Virus record (IMG/VR): IMGVR_UViG_3300050821_013777
Coordinates: 57,544 to 121,543 of that record
From: a virus
Length of the DNA: 64,000 nucleotides
Strand: one strand, 5' to 3'
A model generated the notes under the pieces. The model worked only from the letters and a program-made list of their open reading frames with translations, was not told where the DNA came from and did no database searches. Each line of letters opens with the position of its first letter. Positions within the stretch are counted from its first letter, which is position 1. Below are positions 20,581 to 30,059 of the stretch, one piece after another. The translations under genes were made by a program, and so were the position numbers.

Positions 20581-21929
20581 GTCGTAACACGCAGCGACGC
20601 TGTCACCATGAGTGAGGCGAGTGTGCTGGCGCCGGAGTCCCCGCGAAAGAACGCAAAGAATAGTCGTTCACCGGACGTGATGGTCTGTCCTGCGACGCTC
20701 GGCTCGATGATCACATCGAACACGGGTGACGCCGATGGGATGCTGATCGACCCGGAAGCCAGCTCAGTATAGTTTCCTGCAGTCGTGATGTCCGACGTCT
20801 TCCAGAGCTGGAAGAAGTACGTCATTGCTGTGGCGAAGACGAGTGGGACTGCGGCGACAACCTCGACCACGAACCCATCGAGATTCCCTACTGAAACACC
20901 AGAATCGCCTGGATCGAAGGTGAAGTATGGAATGTTCCGGTAGACTGTCGACGACGTTGAGGCAAAAGCGCCTACGGTATTGCCGCCGCCACCATAGATG
21001 CCAGCGACGAGCGGGATGTTACCTGCATTCCCTGGCGCGAAGATCGCGGTGATGTTGCCGCCGCTCACCGCGCCAGTGCCCAGCGTCGTGAGCGCTGACC
21101 AGTTGTAGCTGATGATAAGCCCTGACGGCGCCGGACCGCCCTGAAAGCCTTGTGCGCCTGTCGATCCCTGCGCTCCGGTATTTCCCGTCGCACCCTGAAA
21201 TCCTGTAGTGCCGATGTGCCCCTGTGCACCTTGAGGACCAGTCGCACCAGTATCACCCTGTGGTCCCTGTGTCCCAGCGCCAGTCGCGCCTGTTGATCCC
21301 TGCGCGCCGGTTGCACCAGTTGCGCCCTGCAGACCAGTTGCGCCCTGCAGACCGATGGTACCGGTATCGCCCTGAAATCCCTGCGCGCCACGCGCCCCCT
21401 GAAAACCCTGCGGACCGGCAGGTCCCTGCGCGCCAGTTGACCCTTGCGCACCAGTCGACCCTTGCGCGCCAGCCGCTCCCTGGAAGCCCTGCGATCCCGT
21501 TGCGCCTTGCGCTCCAGATCCAGTTGCGCCTTGTGCTCCCTGAGATCCCTGCGCTCCGCCGGTCGGCCCCTGTGGACCAGATGCACCCTGTGCACCTTGT
21601 GCACCAGCGCCCGGCCCCTGCGTGCCCATTGCTCCCTGCGCGCCCTGGAAGCCGCTCCCCTGAAACCCTTGTGATCCCTGCGCTCCAGTCGATCCTTGCG
21701 GGCCGGCTTGTCCAGGTGCGCCCTGTACACCTTGCGCACCCTGAAAGCCTTGTACCCCCGTGGCGCCCTGCGAACCGGCTTGTCCGGGTGCGCCCTGTAC
21801 GCCCTGTGCGCCTTGCGAACCCTGTACCCCCGTGGCGCCCTGTGCACCCTGCGAGCCACCGCCACCAGCAGGGAGAGATGTCGGGCCGCGCCAGCCATCG
21901 AACCCCCCTGACATATTTCCGCTGCCCAC
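20577..21929 (-). CDS. collagen-like protein with beta-rich C-terminal domain
   Basis: About 240 residues of Gly-X-Y followed by a BclA-like-sized globular tip; start may be ATG 21914. Confidence 0.8.
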   Translation of the reverse strand: MGSGNMSGGFDGWRGPTSLPAGGGGSQGAQGATGVQGSQGAQGVQGAPGQAGSQGATGVQGFQGAQGVQGAPGQAGPQGSTGAQGSQGFQGSGFQGAQGAMGTQGPGAGAQGAQGASGPQGPTGGAQGSQGAQGATGSGAQGATGSQGFQGAAGAQGSTGAQGSTGAQGPAGPQGFQGARGAQGFQGDTGTIGLQGATGLQGATGATGAQGSTGATGAGTQGPQGDTGATGPQGAQGHIGTTGFQGATGNTGAQGSTGAQGFQGGPAPSGLIISYNWSALTTLGTGAVSGGNITAIFAPGNAGNIPLVAGIYGGGGNTVGAFASTSSTVYRNIPYFTFDPGDSGVSVGNLDGFVVEVVAAVPLVFATAMTYFFQLWKTSDITTAGNYTELASGSISIPSASPVFDVIIEPSVAGQTITSGERLFFAFFRGDSGASTLASLMVTASLRVTT

Positions 21930-21956
21930 TCGGATCTGTCCTTTCGTCCGTCTTGG

Positions 21957-22220
21957 TCAGAAGCTCAAGTCGGCGAGGGCTCGGACAACGCGCGAAGCGT
22001 CTCCAATGAGCTGGTTGCTCTTCTCCATCTTGTCTGCCAGCTCGGCGAGTCGTCGCCTGCGTTCATCGCCTTCCAAGACTGAGAGAGCGCGTGCAGATTC
22101 TCTGCAATCAACACCAATTTCATTAATGGCGAGGGTGAAGGTTTGAATTGCAGACTCGACGGTGGGGGGTCCGCCAGGTTTGGTTGGCTCTTCGCTACCA
22201 AGCTCATGAGGTTTCTCCAT
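21957..22220 (-). CDS. hypothetical helical protein
   Basis: 87-aa ORF co-oriented with its neighbours. Confidence 0.5.
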   Translation of the reverse strand: MEKPHELGSEEPTKPGGPPTVESAIQTFTLAINEIGVDCRESARALSVLEGDERRRRLAELADKMEKSNQLIGDASRVVRALADLSF

Positions 22221-22241
22221 CGTCGATGTTCTTCACTGCCC

Positions 22242-22802
22242 TTACGCTTTCACCGGCTGTGGCGGAGGGCGGCGCACAGACCGTGCCACGATACCGAGCA
22301 CGAGAAGAATCGACACGCCACCCACGACGTACCAGACCCACTTGTTGTCGCCAGGGGTCGTGGCCGTCATGGCAGGCATGACACTCGGCGGTGGAGGGAT
22401 GAACGTACTTCGCTTCTTGCTTCCGACCCATGGCGGGGGGACGGTTCCGCCGTGGGCCTCGACGTAGGACGTGATTTGTTGCGCCAGCTGATCGGCCTGC
22501 TTGCGCACAGCTGTGATCGCGAGTGGCGCCGGCAGCGGCCCGAGGTAGTTCGCGAACGCGAGGTTCACGGCCTTCACAGTCGCAGGACCGATGATCCCGT
22601 CCACCTTGAGCTTCGATAGCGCCGGATCGCCGCGCGAAGTGCCAAGCGCCTTGAGCGCGTTCTGCAGCAGCGCTGCCGGCGGCGCCTTCGATCGAGCGAC
22701 CTGCCGCTGGATCACCTGCGCGTTCTTCTGTTCGAGCATCGCGAACTGCTCGGGGGTCGGTTGCCCGAAACCACTTCCGCTTATGGTGTACACCTCGGAC
22801 AT
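22242..22802 (-). CDS. peptidoglycan-binding-like domain protein with C-terminal TM
   Basis: LQNALKALG...LKVDGIIGPATVKAV; TM WVWYVVGGVSILLVLGIVA; start MSEVY coupled by TGATG. Confidence 0.6.
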   Translation of the reverse strand: MSEVYTISGSGFGQPTPEQFAMLEQKNAQVIQRQVARSKAPPAALLQNALKALGTSRGDPALSKLKVDGIIGPATVKAVNLAFANYLGPLPAPLAITAVRKQADQLAQQITSYVEAHGGTVPPPWVGSKKRSTFIPPPPSVMPAMTATTPGDNKWVWYVVGGVSILLVLGIVARSVRRPPPQPVKA

Positions 22803-23197
22803 CACGGCAACTGTGGTTGTAGGCCGCCGGGGCATGAGACTGTTACGACCGCGACACCGGCTGCGACGCGCGCCCAGATGCGTGCGAGCGCCTCCTGTCG
22901 CACGAACTGCATCGACAATCCGTACTCTCCGTTCGAGAGTTCCGTACCAGCATTGTCTGCGAACGTGCGTATGACGATCGGCATCAACACCTGCCCGCCT
23001 GCCGAATCCTCTTCCGCGACCTCGCGGTGCCAGACGCCCGCAGGAGCCGAAGAGAACTCCATGTACCACTGGATCTGCGTCGGACCGCCTGAAGCTACGA
23101 TGTCCCAATCGAACGTGAGCTGATTGGCTGCGATCATCACGGGCTGCGACGGCTGAAAAGAAGCAGTCAGCTTCGTGTTGAGGATGATGATGGCCAC
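22802..23197 (-). CDS. beta-rich hypothetical protein, possibly structural
   Basis: From GTG 23197 (MAIIILNTK); TACCGT lies 7 nt upstream. Confidence 0.55.
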   Translation of the reverse strand: MAIIILNTKLTASFQPSQPVMIAANQLTFDWDIVASGGPTQIQWYMEFSSAPAGVWHREVAEEDSAGGQVLMPIVIRTFADNAGTELSNGEYGLSMQFVRQEALARIWARVAAGVAVVTVSCPGGLQPQLP

Positions 23198-23307
23198 GAG
23201 ATCGACGGTAGCACGACGCGGGGTGACCCTGCAAAACACGCCGTGCTGTACAAGACGCAGGGGGTGAAGTTGAGCCGGGCCCGCCGCGGGTGTAGGCTGG
23301 TCAGGTC

Positions 23308-23793
23308 GTGAAGCACCCAGTCCTAGTCGGCGCGGCCGTGGGCATAGTCGGGCTCGTCGCCTGGTGGAAGCGGCACGTGATCGCAGCGGCATACCAGCGG
23401 CTGCGTGGACGCGCGGCGATGCAAGGGTTTGGAGCTGGCCCGCTCATGACCGGACTGCCCGCGACCGCCGATCCGAGTGTCTGTGCCAAGCAGATCGAGC
23501 GGTACACATTCGCCGCGATGCAGGACCAGTCGCCGATCGTCGGGCTCACGCACGCGAGCTACGCGCTCATCCTGATGGATACGCTCGAAGAGATGATCGG
23601 CCGCCAGGCAATTGCAGCTGCCGGCTACGATCCGATCGCGGTTCGGCAGCTGATCAGGAAGCTCCAGGACGCCCACGCCGAGAAGCTCCAGGCTTGCGAC
23701 CCGTACATGTCACAAGTGCTGGCGCTCAAGAAGGGCGCGGCGCTGCCTGGCTTCGTGATGAACGGCGCGATGGGCGCACCGACCGGGGCCTAG
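23308..23793 (+). CDS. membrane-anchored hypothetical protein
   Basis: N-terminal TM and an MQGFG motif; TAGGCT upstream. Confidence 0.6.
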   Translation: MKHPVLVGAAVGIVGLVAWWKRHVIAAAYQRLRGRAAMQGFGAGPLMTGLPATADPSVCAKQIERYTFAAMQDQSPIVGLTHASYALILMDTLEEMIGRQAIAAAGYDPIAVRQLIRKLQDAHAEKLQACDPYMSQVLALKKGAALPGFVMNGAMGAPTGA

Positions 23794-24015
23794 ATGGCGT
23801 CGTTCAAAGAGGTTCGTGCTATGCAGCGAGAGGGCCGCAACCTAAAACGTCGCTACCTCGCTGCGACCGATCCTCGCACAGGTGTTCGCGACGCCGTCGG
23901 GTACGCCAACGACTGTGCATTCCAGAACCCTCCGCCACACGCAGATGCTGTTACACGCGAGCGCTGGGCCACGCGGTGGTTCACTGCCTTCTCACGAAAG
24001 ACGTGTCCTCGATGA
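23794..24015 (+). CDS. small basic hypothetical protein
   Basis: Abuts the previous stop; ATGA overlap with the next gene. Confidence 0.5.
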   Translation: MASFKEVRAMQREGRNLKRRYLAATDPRTGVRDAVGYANDCAFQNPPPHADAVTRERWATRWFTAFSRKTCPR

Positions 24016-24302
24016 AGCTCAAGAAGCCGATCGTGTGTCCGTGGGGCGCCGTTTACGGCGGCAACCCCTCCTACGTCACTCCGCGTGGCCGCGCTGTCGT
24101 GATGTGCCGCAAGCGGCAGGCAGTCCGCTTCTACGACGCGAAGGGTAAGCAGGTCGGACCCGAGCAGCACAATGTCGTGCCGGCCGTCATGTACGCGAAC
24201 TACAAGCGCTGGATTGACCCGGACAGCAAGATCCCCGAGTGGATGCAGCGTCAGGGGCACCGCGAGGCCAGAGCGAAGACGAAGCTGCTCGGCCGGCGCT
24301 AA
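24012..24302 (+). CDS. small basic protein ending LLGRR
   Basis: From MKLKKPIVC; same tail as members of the 25.6-31 kb array. Confidence 0.55.
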   Translation: MKLKKPIVCPWGAVYGGNPSYVTPRGRAVVMCRKRQAVRFYDAKGKQVGPEQHNVVPAVMYANYKRWIDPDSKIPEWMQRQGHREARAKTKLLGRR

Positions 24303-24574
24303 CGCGCGTGAGCAGCTGTCGTCGTCGTCGACGATGCTCGATCGCGGCGAGCTGTCGGAACGCACTCTTCGTTCATCTCTTGCCACGAGCGGTGTAGTGC
24401 GTGTAGCCGCATCGTCGTTTTGGCGAGACTGCCCAGTTTCTGTACGAGCTGTGGGTTTTGGACCTTCAGGTTTTCCATCGCTCTTCCTCCCGAAACTCCT
24501 CACCCTGTGTCCGCTCCGCGACTTGGCAAGAGGGGTTTTTGACAGCTCGACCGCTCGACCGCTACCATCACAGC

Positions 24575-24982
24575 ATGAAGATCCTTCGTGGCTTCCTTTC
24601 GCTCATCGCCACCATCATCGCTCTTGTCGGCATCGGTGAAGCGACCACAGCACTGCACATCGGTCCCAGCCTCGTCGCTTTCATCCTGGCCGGCGGTGGT
24701 GTGCTCGGTGTGCTCGGCATCTCGCCAATCACCCTGAGCGTCGCGACGGCGAACCTGCTCTCGAAGCTCTCGATCTTCATCACGCTCGGCATGGGCACTT
24801 TCGCGTCCTACAGCGCTGGGCATGCAGCGTTCGCACCGAGCCACAGGGTCATCGTGACGATCATCCACGCGCTCGGCGTCGTCGGGACGCTCATGGCCAT
24901 CGCTGGATCGACGCCGACACTCGCTCCAGCCCTGACGCCCCTGCCGCCCGCTCCCCCAGCTGAGCCGCCCAAGGCCGCGTGA
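24575..24982 (+). CDS. multi-TM membrane protein
   Basis: About 4 hydrophobic segments and a Pro-rich tail; TACCAT 6 nt before the ATG. Confidence 0.6.
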   Translation: MKILRGFLSLIATIIALVGIGEATTALHIGPSLVAFILAGGGVLGVLGISPITLSVATANLLSKLSIFITLGMGTFASYSAGHAAFAPSHRVIVTIIHALGVVGTLMAIAGSTPTLAPALTPLPPAPPAEPPKAA

Positions 24983-25227
24983 AGATCGTAGACGCGCGCA
25001 GCGGGCGTCTCGTGCAGCTCCGCGAGATGGTGAAGAACGGCCCACGTCCTGACGACTGGTACACAATCATGGAGATGAAGTTCCGCACCCTGCTCACGCG
25101 CACAGCGCATGTCATCAAGCATGACGGTCGCCGCGAGCGCGTAGTCTGTCCTGTGAAGCTGTTACCTCAGCTCACGTTCGATTCGGATCTTCCTCCCCTC
25201 CTCGCAGCTGTCGTCTACCCGTCATGA
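24979..25227 (+). CDS. hypothetical protein
   Basis: GTGA-coupled ORF. Confidence 0.55.
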   Translation: MKIVDARSGRLVQLREMVKNGPRPDDWYTIMEMKFRTLLTRTAHVIKHDGRRERVVCPVKLLPQLTFDSDLPPLLAAVVYPS

Positions 25228-25409
25228 TCTGGCCAGCGTTGTCTCCGCTCATGCGCTCGCGCATTCGCTTGGTGGTCGTGGCCGCCGGGCTCATCCCGCT
25301 TGCCATCCTCGCGCGCATGGCCAGCAGCGGGAAGCTCCAGGAGCTGGTCCAACGGCTTGGGGCTCGTGCCTGGCGCGCGCACGACGACGCAAAGTTGCGC
25401 GAGCCCTAG
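25224..25409 (+). CDS. small membrane protein
   Basis: ATGA-coupled; one hydrophobic segment. Confidence 0.45.
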   Translation: MIWPALSPLMRSRIRLVVVAAGLIPLAILARMASSGKLQELVQRLGARAWRAHDDAKLREP

Positions 25410-25639
25410 CGTACCCACTTTCGCACGGTCATCACGATCGGCTCGACGTCCTCCGCTGGTACGCCAACACGCAGCAGCGCGAGCCTGAGTGCATGAGCCA
25501 TGTCGGCGAGCCCCCGCGTGTGCCCAAGCGCGTAGCCCTGCTCGAAGTCGGGGAGCGGGAGGCCCCGCGGTGGCGTCGGGGGCCCGTGCGTGACGAGCGT
25601 GGGCCCCTCTGGCAGGAAGAAATCGTCGTCTGCGGGCAC
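25406..25639 (-). CDS. hypothetical protein
   Basis: GCTAGAATCCTGGC directly precedes the GTG start. Confidence 0.55.
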   Translation of the reverse strand: MPADDDFFLPEGPTLVTHGPPTPPRGLPLPDFEQGYALGHTRGLADMAHALRLALLRVGVPAEDVEPIVMTVRKWVR

Positions 25640-25648
25640 GCCAGGATT

Positions 25649-25911
25649 CTAGCGGCAGCCGCGCATCATGTCCTGCTGTCGAGCGAGAAGGTTCGCAGTC
25701 GGCATGCAGACCTTGTTCTTACAGCGCAGGAGCATCGAGCCGCGCGCTCTCGGCCGTCGATCCCATCACGGACGTCCCACAGGTTCGCACCGCTGCAGCC
25801 GTTGCGGGACGCCACGCTCATCGAGCGTGCGTACTTCGCAGCTTTCTTGAAGTGCGTGAAGCGTTATGATCCGCCACAGGCCGACACAAGAAACCTCCCT
25901 GTCTTGGCCAT
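25649..25911 (-). pseudogene. decayed terminal member of the small-gene array
   Basis: MAKTGRFLVSACGGS*(TAA 25864-25866)RFTHFKKAAKYARSMS..., then a frameshift to LLRCKNKVC...MRGCR*. Resembles the 27183 and 27948 genes. Confidence 0.55.
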
Positions 25912-26141
25912 CAGCGTCTCCCCAGCAGCATGTCGAGCCGGCGCTCCATCACAGCGCGTGCGTCCTGGGCGTGCCGATGCATGTCGGCGCAGTGTCCGCG
26001 CTGGGCGGCTGCCTGTGCTGCGCGGAGCGAGCGCGAGATCGCAGCGTTCGTCTGCGAAGGAAGAGACTTGCGCACGCCGCGGTAGGTGGCCCCCGTGTCT
26101 TCGAGGATGGCGATGTTGCAGCGGCGGGGGAGGGGCATCAT
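25911..26141 (-). CDS. small basic array protein (RGHC helix motif, ends LLGRR)
   Basis: Coupled at both ends. Confidence 0.6.
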   Translation of the reverse strand: MMPLPRRCNIAILEDTGATYRGVRKSLPSQTNAAISRSLRAAQAAAQRGHCADMHRHAQDARAVMERRLDMLLGRR

Positions 26142-26368
26142 CGTCCTCCAGCTGCGGCGCGTTTCGTCAGGTAGTTGCAGCGCGACACTGCGATCGAAAG
26201 CCCGTCCGCGTTCTTCTTGTACGCGCTGTCTGAAGTGCTGTGCGTGACGCCGATCCTGAAAACCGTGTAGGATTTTCGGTCACGCTTGACCCAGCAAACC
26301 GGCGTCTCGAACACGATGTCGGATTCGCGGGTCGGCCCGCGCAGTCCGCTCTTGCGTCGCTTGGTCAT
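26138..26368 (-). CDS. small basic array protein (MTKRRKSGLRG...)
   Basis: ATGA-coupled; start reassigned. Confidence 0.6.
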   Translation of the reverse strand: MTKRRKSGLRGPTRESDIVFETPVCWVKRDRKSYTVFRIGVTHSTSDSAYKKNADGLSIAVSRCNYLTKRAAAGGR

Positions 26369-26640
26369 CGTGGGAAGCTCACATGACAGCGGTTTCTGTA
26401 CGCGCGGCGAACACGTGCGTACGTGCCTGCGCTCGGAACGAGCGGCGGATCGGCGATGCCGGATCGCATCTGGTTCGCGACCATTCCGTTGATCCTGTTC
26501 AGCTGATGAATCCATCCATGTGCCGCATGGCAATTCCCACGGCGAAGATCCTGCACGAGATTCTTCACAACGATGCGTGACTCTTTTTTGAGCCGCCGCA
26601 CCTCCTGTGCACCGCCGGGAATAAATGGCCGCTTGGCCAC
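26365..26640 (-). CDS. small basic array protein (MAKRPF..., RGNC motif)
   Basis: Coupled ORF. Confidence 0.6.
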   Translation of the reverse strand: MAKRPFIPGGAQEVRRLKKESRIVVKNLVQDLRRGNCHAAHGWIHQLNRINGMVANQMRSGIADPPLVPSAGTYARVRRAYRNRCHVSFPR

Positions 26641-26641
26641 G

Positions 26642-26953
26642 TCAGCACTTCACCTTCCATCCGGAATGAAGCGGGCGCTGCCAGTGTCGCTCGGCCTCTC
26701 CGCGTGTCGCCACGCGAACAGTGACGGCCGGGCCGACGCCACGCATGTCCTCCCGCGGCCGAACGATCACGCGGCGCGTACGGCGATCCGTAACGGCGTA
26801 GAGCACGTTCTTCGCGCCACCGTGCCAGCCCTGCGTCTCTGAGTAGCGAGGCAGCGTCGCACGAACCACACAACCCTTGCCGCGCTTGCCACCGCGGAAG
26901 TCAACGAAGGGGAAGTAGGGCGCCAGGCGCCAGTGCTTCTTTCGCTTGGCCAT
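26642..26953 (-). CDS. small basic array protein (MAKRKKHW...)
   Basis: GGAGAGGCTGATG junction. Confidence 0.6.
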   Translation of the reverse strand: MAKRKKHWRLAPYFPFVDFRGGKRGKGCVVRATLPRYSETQGWHGGAKNVLYAVTDRRTRRVIVRPREDMRGVGPAVTVRVATRGEAERHWQRPLHSGWKVKC

Positions 26954-27183
26954 CAGCCTCTCCCCACGAGCTTGAGGTTCTTCGGATGCGTGCCGAACTC
27001 GGTACCGCGCACACGCAGGACGGCAAGTGGCATCGCAGTCTGTGCGCCACCGACGGCAGTGACACGCACGAGGCGCCCGCACGCGACCTTCGGCGTCTTG
27101 GCGCGTTCAGCCCATCTGGTGCCCTCTTTCATCCAGACGCGCGATCCCTTGGCGACGCAGTAGGTGAGCTTTTCGTTGGCCAT
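26953..27183 (-). CDS. small basic array protein (MANEKLTY...)
   Basis: AGGAGACGCTGATG junction. Confidence 0.6.
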   Translation of the reverse strand: MANEKLTYCVAKGSRVWMKEGTRWAERAKTPKVACGRLVRVTAVGGAQTAMPLAVLRVRGTEFGTHPKNLKLVGRG

Positions 27184-27506
27184 CAGCGTCTCCTCCGCTT
27201 GCGTCCCGACAAGCCGTGCTGCTGCTTGTACATCGCCGTCGCCTTGGCTGGGCTCCAGGCGTACGCGTCGCTCCGCTGCGACATCGGCTTGAACGGCGTG
27301 CACGCTTTCTCGTGGCACTCAGCGACGGCCACGGCGGTCTTCGCCGTCACAGCGCGCACGACATGGCTGCCCGGTCCGCACGTGTCGGTCGCGAAGCGCT
27401 TGCTGCTCATCGCGCGCGCGAGCTTCATGGCGGCGCGGGGCGAGCGGATGTTGTCCTTCGAGCCGTCGCACCAGCGAACGCTGTAGGTGCCCTTGATGTA
27501 GGCCAT
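27183..27506 (-). CDS. small basic array protein (MAYIKG..., ends LSGRKRRRR)
   Basis: TGATG coupling. Confidence 0.62.
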   Translation of the reverse strand: MAYIKGTYSVRWCDGSKDNIRSPRAAMKLARAMSSKRFATDTCGPGSHVVRAVTAKTAVAVAECHEKACTPFKPMSQRSDAYAWSPAKATAMYKQQHGLSGRKRRRR

Positions 27507-27709
27507 CAGCAGCCCCCCATACGGCGCATCAGCTTGATCTGATGAGCGGCGGTGCTGCGCGCGTCGCAGATGGTGTCGGTGTAGTAGGTGCCCCGGAACC
27601 GACGCACCGGCGCCTTCGTGGTGACCACGAACTCCGCCCATTCGGTGTCCTTGTGGATCGACACCGAGCAGCGGCCGAAGCGAATGTTCTTGAGGCGACG
27701 CTTGGCCAT
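27506..27709 (-). CDS. small basic array protein (MAKRRLKN...)
   Basis: Coupled ORF. Confidence 0.6.
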   Translation of the reverse strand: MAKRRLKNIRFGRCSVSIHKDTEWAEFVVTTKAPVRRFRGTYYTDTICDARSTAAHQIKLMRRMGGC

Positions 27710-27711
27710 CG

Positions 27712-27948
27712 TCACACCTTCAAGTCGAAGAGGCGTTTCGCACGGTCACACTGGAAAGCGCGTGCGGTCGCCGGCTCTCCTCGTCGCGCGTACTCCCGAT
27801 CGCGCGTCGCTGCCTCACGCACCGCTGTTGCTCTGTTGTGCGTGCCGTACACAGTGCCACCGGGGCGCTCACCGCGCTTGCCGATGTGCCGCTCGTCGCC
27901 TGCGTAGTAGCCGACGACCATCCAGCACGAAGCTCCGCGCTTGGCCAT
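27712..27948 (-). CDS. small basic array protein (MAKRGASC...)
   Basis: TGATG coupling. Confidence 0.6.
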   Translation of the reverse strand: MAKRGASCWMVVGYYAGDERHIGKRGERPGGTVYGTHNRATAVREAATRDREYARRGEPATARAFQCDRAKRLFDLKV

Positions 27949-28214
27949 CAGCGCCTCAGCCCGAGCTTCTTACCGAAGTGCGTCACCTTGCACTTCGTCT
28001 TGCGGCACGTCAGCAGCGTGAATTCGCCGCCGTGCTCGTTTTGGAGTGTCAGCGCGCTCGATCCGCGGCGCTTGGAGACTTCGCGCGCCGAATGCACGGC
28101 CTGAGCAAGATACTTCGTGCAGCGCATGAAGACGCCGTGCTTTTGCACCGTGTAGCTGCGAGATCTTCGGCCTTGCCAGTGGACGCAAAACTTGTCGGTG
28201 TCCTCGTGTGCCAT
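27948..28214 (-). CDS. small basic array protein (MAHEDT..., ends LGLRR)
   Basis: GGAGACGTCGCTGATG junction. Confidence 0.6.
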   Translation of the reverse strand: MAHEDTDKFCVHWQGRRSRSYTVQKHGVFMRCTKYLAQAVHSAREVSKRRGSSALTLQNEHGGEFTLLTCRKTKCKVTHFGKKLGLRR

Positions 28215-28642
28215 CAGCGACGTCTCCGCTTGCGCTTCGCCCGCCCGAGGATCTGCATCGGTCGGCCTGGCTCCCAGATCATCCGCTTCGACATCGGATT
28301 GACCTTCTTGGCCGGCGGCTTCTTCTTGCCGAACGGCCACCAGCCGGCGACCGGCGCGGCCGCGGGAGCTGCGGGCTTGGGTGCGGCGGGGGCGGGAGCT
28401 GGCGCAGCCGGAGCGCCGTCGCGGAGGCTGCCACGTCGTCGCGAGCCAGCGAGCGCAGACTTCCTCTTTCGCGTGCCGCACAGTAGCGCCAGGATCTCGC
28501 GCGAGGTGTCGTCGACGTCGACTGGGCGCGAGGACCCTGTGCCGTGCTTGTTGAGCGCACGATGAATCTCGATGAACGGCTTGCCGTCATGATAAATCTC
28601 GCGGCTCCCGTACGGTGCTGTGAAACGACATGCACGGGCCAT
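28214..28642 (-). CDS. basic array protein with internal LAGSRRR and terminal ILGRAKRKRRRR
   Basis: TAATG coupling; Ala/Pro linker. Confidence 0.62.
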   Translation of the reverse strand: MARACRFTAPYGSREIYHDGKPFIEIHRALNKHGTGSSRPVDVDDTSREILALLCGTRKRKSALAGSRRRGSLRDGAPAAPAPAPAAPKPAAPAAAPVAGWWPFGKKKPPAKKVNPMSKRMIWEPGRPMQILGRAKRKRRRR

Positions 28643-28947
28643 TAGCGACTCCTCTTGCGGCGCTTCGCCCCGTGCAGCTCGCGAATCGACGCCATCGCCT
28701 CAGGCGAGTAGTCCTTCTCATAGGCGACGAGCGGCCACGTGAAACGACACGCCTTCTGCGTGCTGCCGACGATGAAGGGCTTGTTGCCTTCGCCGTCGGA
28801 CGACATGATTTGCAGCTGCGCGCCGAGCCCCTGCCCGCCGACGGGGCAGAGCCGGTACTCGCGCTGCTTCGTGATCCCAGGCCGCGTCACCAAGAGCTTG
28901 ATGCACTCGGTGAGCTTGACCTTCGGTGCCTTGCTCCACTTGGTCAT
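28642..28947 (-). CDS. small basic array protein (MTKWSK..., ends LHGAKRRKRSR)
   Basis: AGGAGACGTCGATGA junction. Confidence 0.62.
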   Translation of the reverse strand: MTKWSKAPKVKLTECIKLLVTRPGITKQREYRLCPVGGQGLGAQLQIMSSDGEGNKPFIVGSTQKACRFTWPLVAYEKDYSPEAMASIRELHGAKRRKRSR

Positions 28948-29189
28948 CGACGTCTCCTGCGCTTCGCGCCGTTGAAGAAGAGCAGCGAGCCAGGCGGAAC
29001 GCCACGACCGGCCTTCGACGTCTCGCCGCCGCGGTGAAGCCACTGCGTGACGCGTGAGCGCGCACCTTCGGACACGTCGCAGAACGTCTCGTTGAACTTT
29101 GGGTGCTTCTTGCAGTTGCGCACGGCGATCCCGCGGCGCGCGGCCTCGCGCTTGGCGTTCTTCGGCGAGCCCTTGATGACGAGCCTCAT
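28944..29189 (-). CDS. small basic array protein (ends FNGAKRRRRR)
   Basis: ATGA coupling. Confidence 0.62.
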   Translation of the reverse strand: MRLVIKGSPKNAKREAARRGIAVRNCKKHPKFNETFCDVSEGARSRVTQWLHRGGETSKAGRGVPPGSLLFFNGAKRRRRR

Positions 29190-29413
29190 CGACGTCTCCG
29201 CCCCAAGGAAACCCTGCGTGGGGGTCGAATTTTTCGAGACAACTCAGTGCACCCGCGCATGAGCAGCGCCTTTGCTGAGCGTGCCTTAGCCAGCGTCAGC
29301 GGTGCGAACACCGCGACGTAGTTCAGCGATCGACCGTCGCGCTTGTTGTAGAGAACCGCGTCGATCTTGCCCCCACGACCCGGCTCAAATCGAACGACGC
29401 ACTTGGTAGTCAT
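29186..29413 (-). CDS. small basic array protein (ends SLGRRRR)
   Basis: Abuts the previous stop. Confidence 0.6.
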   Translation of the reverse strand: MTTKCVVRFEPGRGGKIDAVLYNKRDGRSLNYVAVFAPLTLAKARSAKALLMRGCTELSRKIRPPRRVSLGRRRR

Positions 29414-29761
29414 CTACCGGCGCCTCCGCTTGTGTGCTCCGGCGAGCCCCTGGTTCATCAACTCGCAGTGCTTGTTCGCCGCAGCAGCGGCAGCAGTGGG
29501 CGAGCGGAACAACTCACCGAAATCGCTCGTCGAGCCATCCTTGTGCAACCCCTGATGCAGCCCCGACCGCTTGGCGAGACCTTTCACATTCTCGAACCGC
29601 GCACGGTAGCCGCGGTGCCGGCCGTTCGGGTAGCTCGAACAGTCGATCGCGTAGTTGCCCTTCGCCCCGGTGTAGCCGTAGTTGTGCACGCGATCGGAGC
29701 AGGACGTGCCTGGACCGTACATGTCCCATTTCGTCACGCCGGGCAGGCAGCGCTTCGCCAT
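29414..29761 (-). CDS. small basic array protein (MAKRCLPG..., ends LAGAHKRRRR)
   Basis: AGGAGACGCTGATG junction. Confidence 0.62.
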   Translation of the reverse strand: MAKRCLPGVTKWDMYGPGTSCSDRVHNYGYTGAKGNYAIDCSSYPNGRHRGYRARFENVKGLAKRSGLHQGLHKDGSTSDFGELFRSPTAAAAAANKHCELMNQGLAGAHKRRRR

Positions 29762-29955
29762 CAGCGTCTCCTGCACTTCCCAACGAGTCCCCACAGCCGG
29801 GCGATCGTCTTCGGCTTCACACCAGCAGCCGTCGCTGCACCTCGCCGGCCGACCAACGGCACGAGCGCGTCGAAGCGCTTCTGCGCCGCGCTGCAGTCAC
29901 CTGCGCGCACGAGTGCCTTGATCCGACGGATTGCCGTTGCGGCTGCATGGCGCAT
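29761..29955 (-). CDS. small basic array protein (RAGDC motif, ends LVGKCRRR)
   Basis: TGATG coupling. Confidence 0.58.
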   Translation of the reverse strand: MRHAAATAIRRIKALVRAGDCSAAQKRFDALVPLVGRRGAATAAGVKPKTIARLWGLVGKCRRR

Positions 29956-30059
29956 CAGCGCCCGCCCTTCGCGCGCGTGATCCCCTCGCCGCGCCTGCAC
30001 CACCGGCGATCCTCATCACGCGGGCCCCTTGCCACGCGCTTGCGCGTCTCGCGCTTCAT
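29955..30059 (-). CDS. 34-aa basic peptide
   Basis: MKRETRKR...AKGGR fills the gap exactly with ATGA and TGATG overlaps. Confidence 0.4.
   Translation of the reverse strand: MKRETRKRVARGPRDEDRRWCRRGEGITRAKGGR

Noticed and set aside
24303-24503. Possible small minus-strand ORF
   Set aside because: Competing frames and no motif; it cannot be supported.
26138-30003. 5'-extended starts given by the ORF track for array genes
   Set aside because: Internal ATGs with an RBS and stop-start overlaps tile the region exactly.
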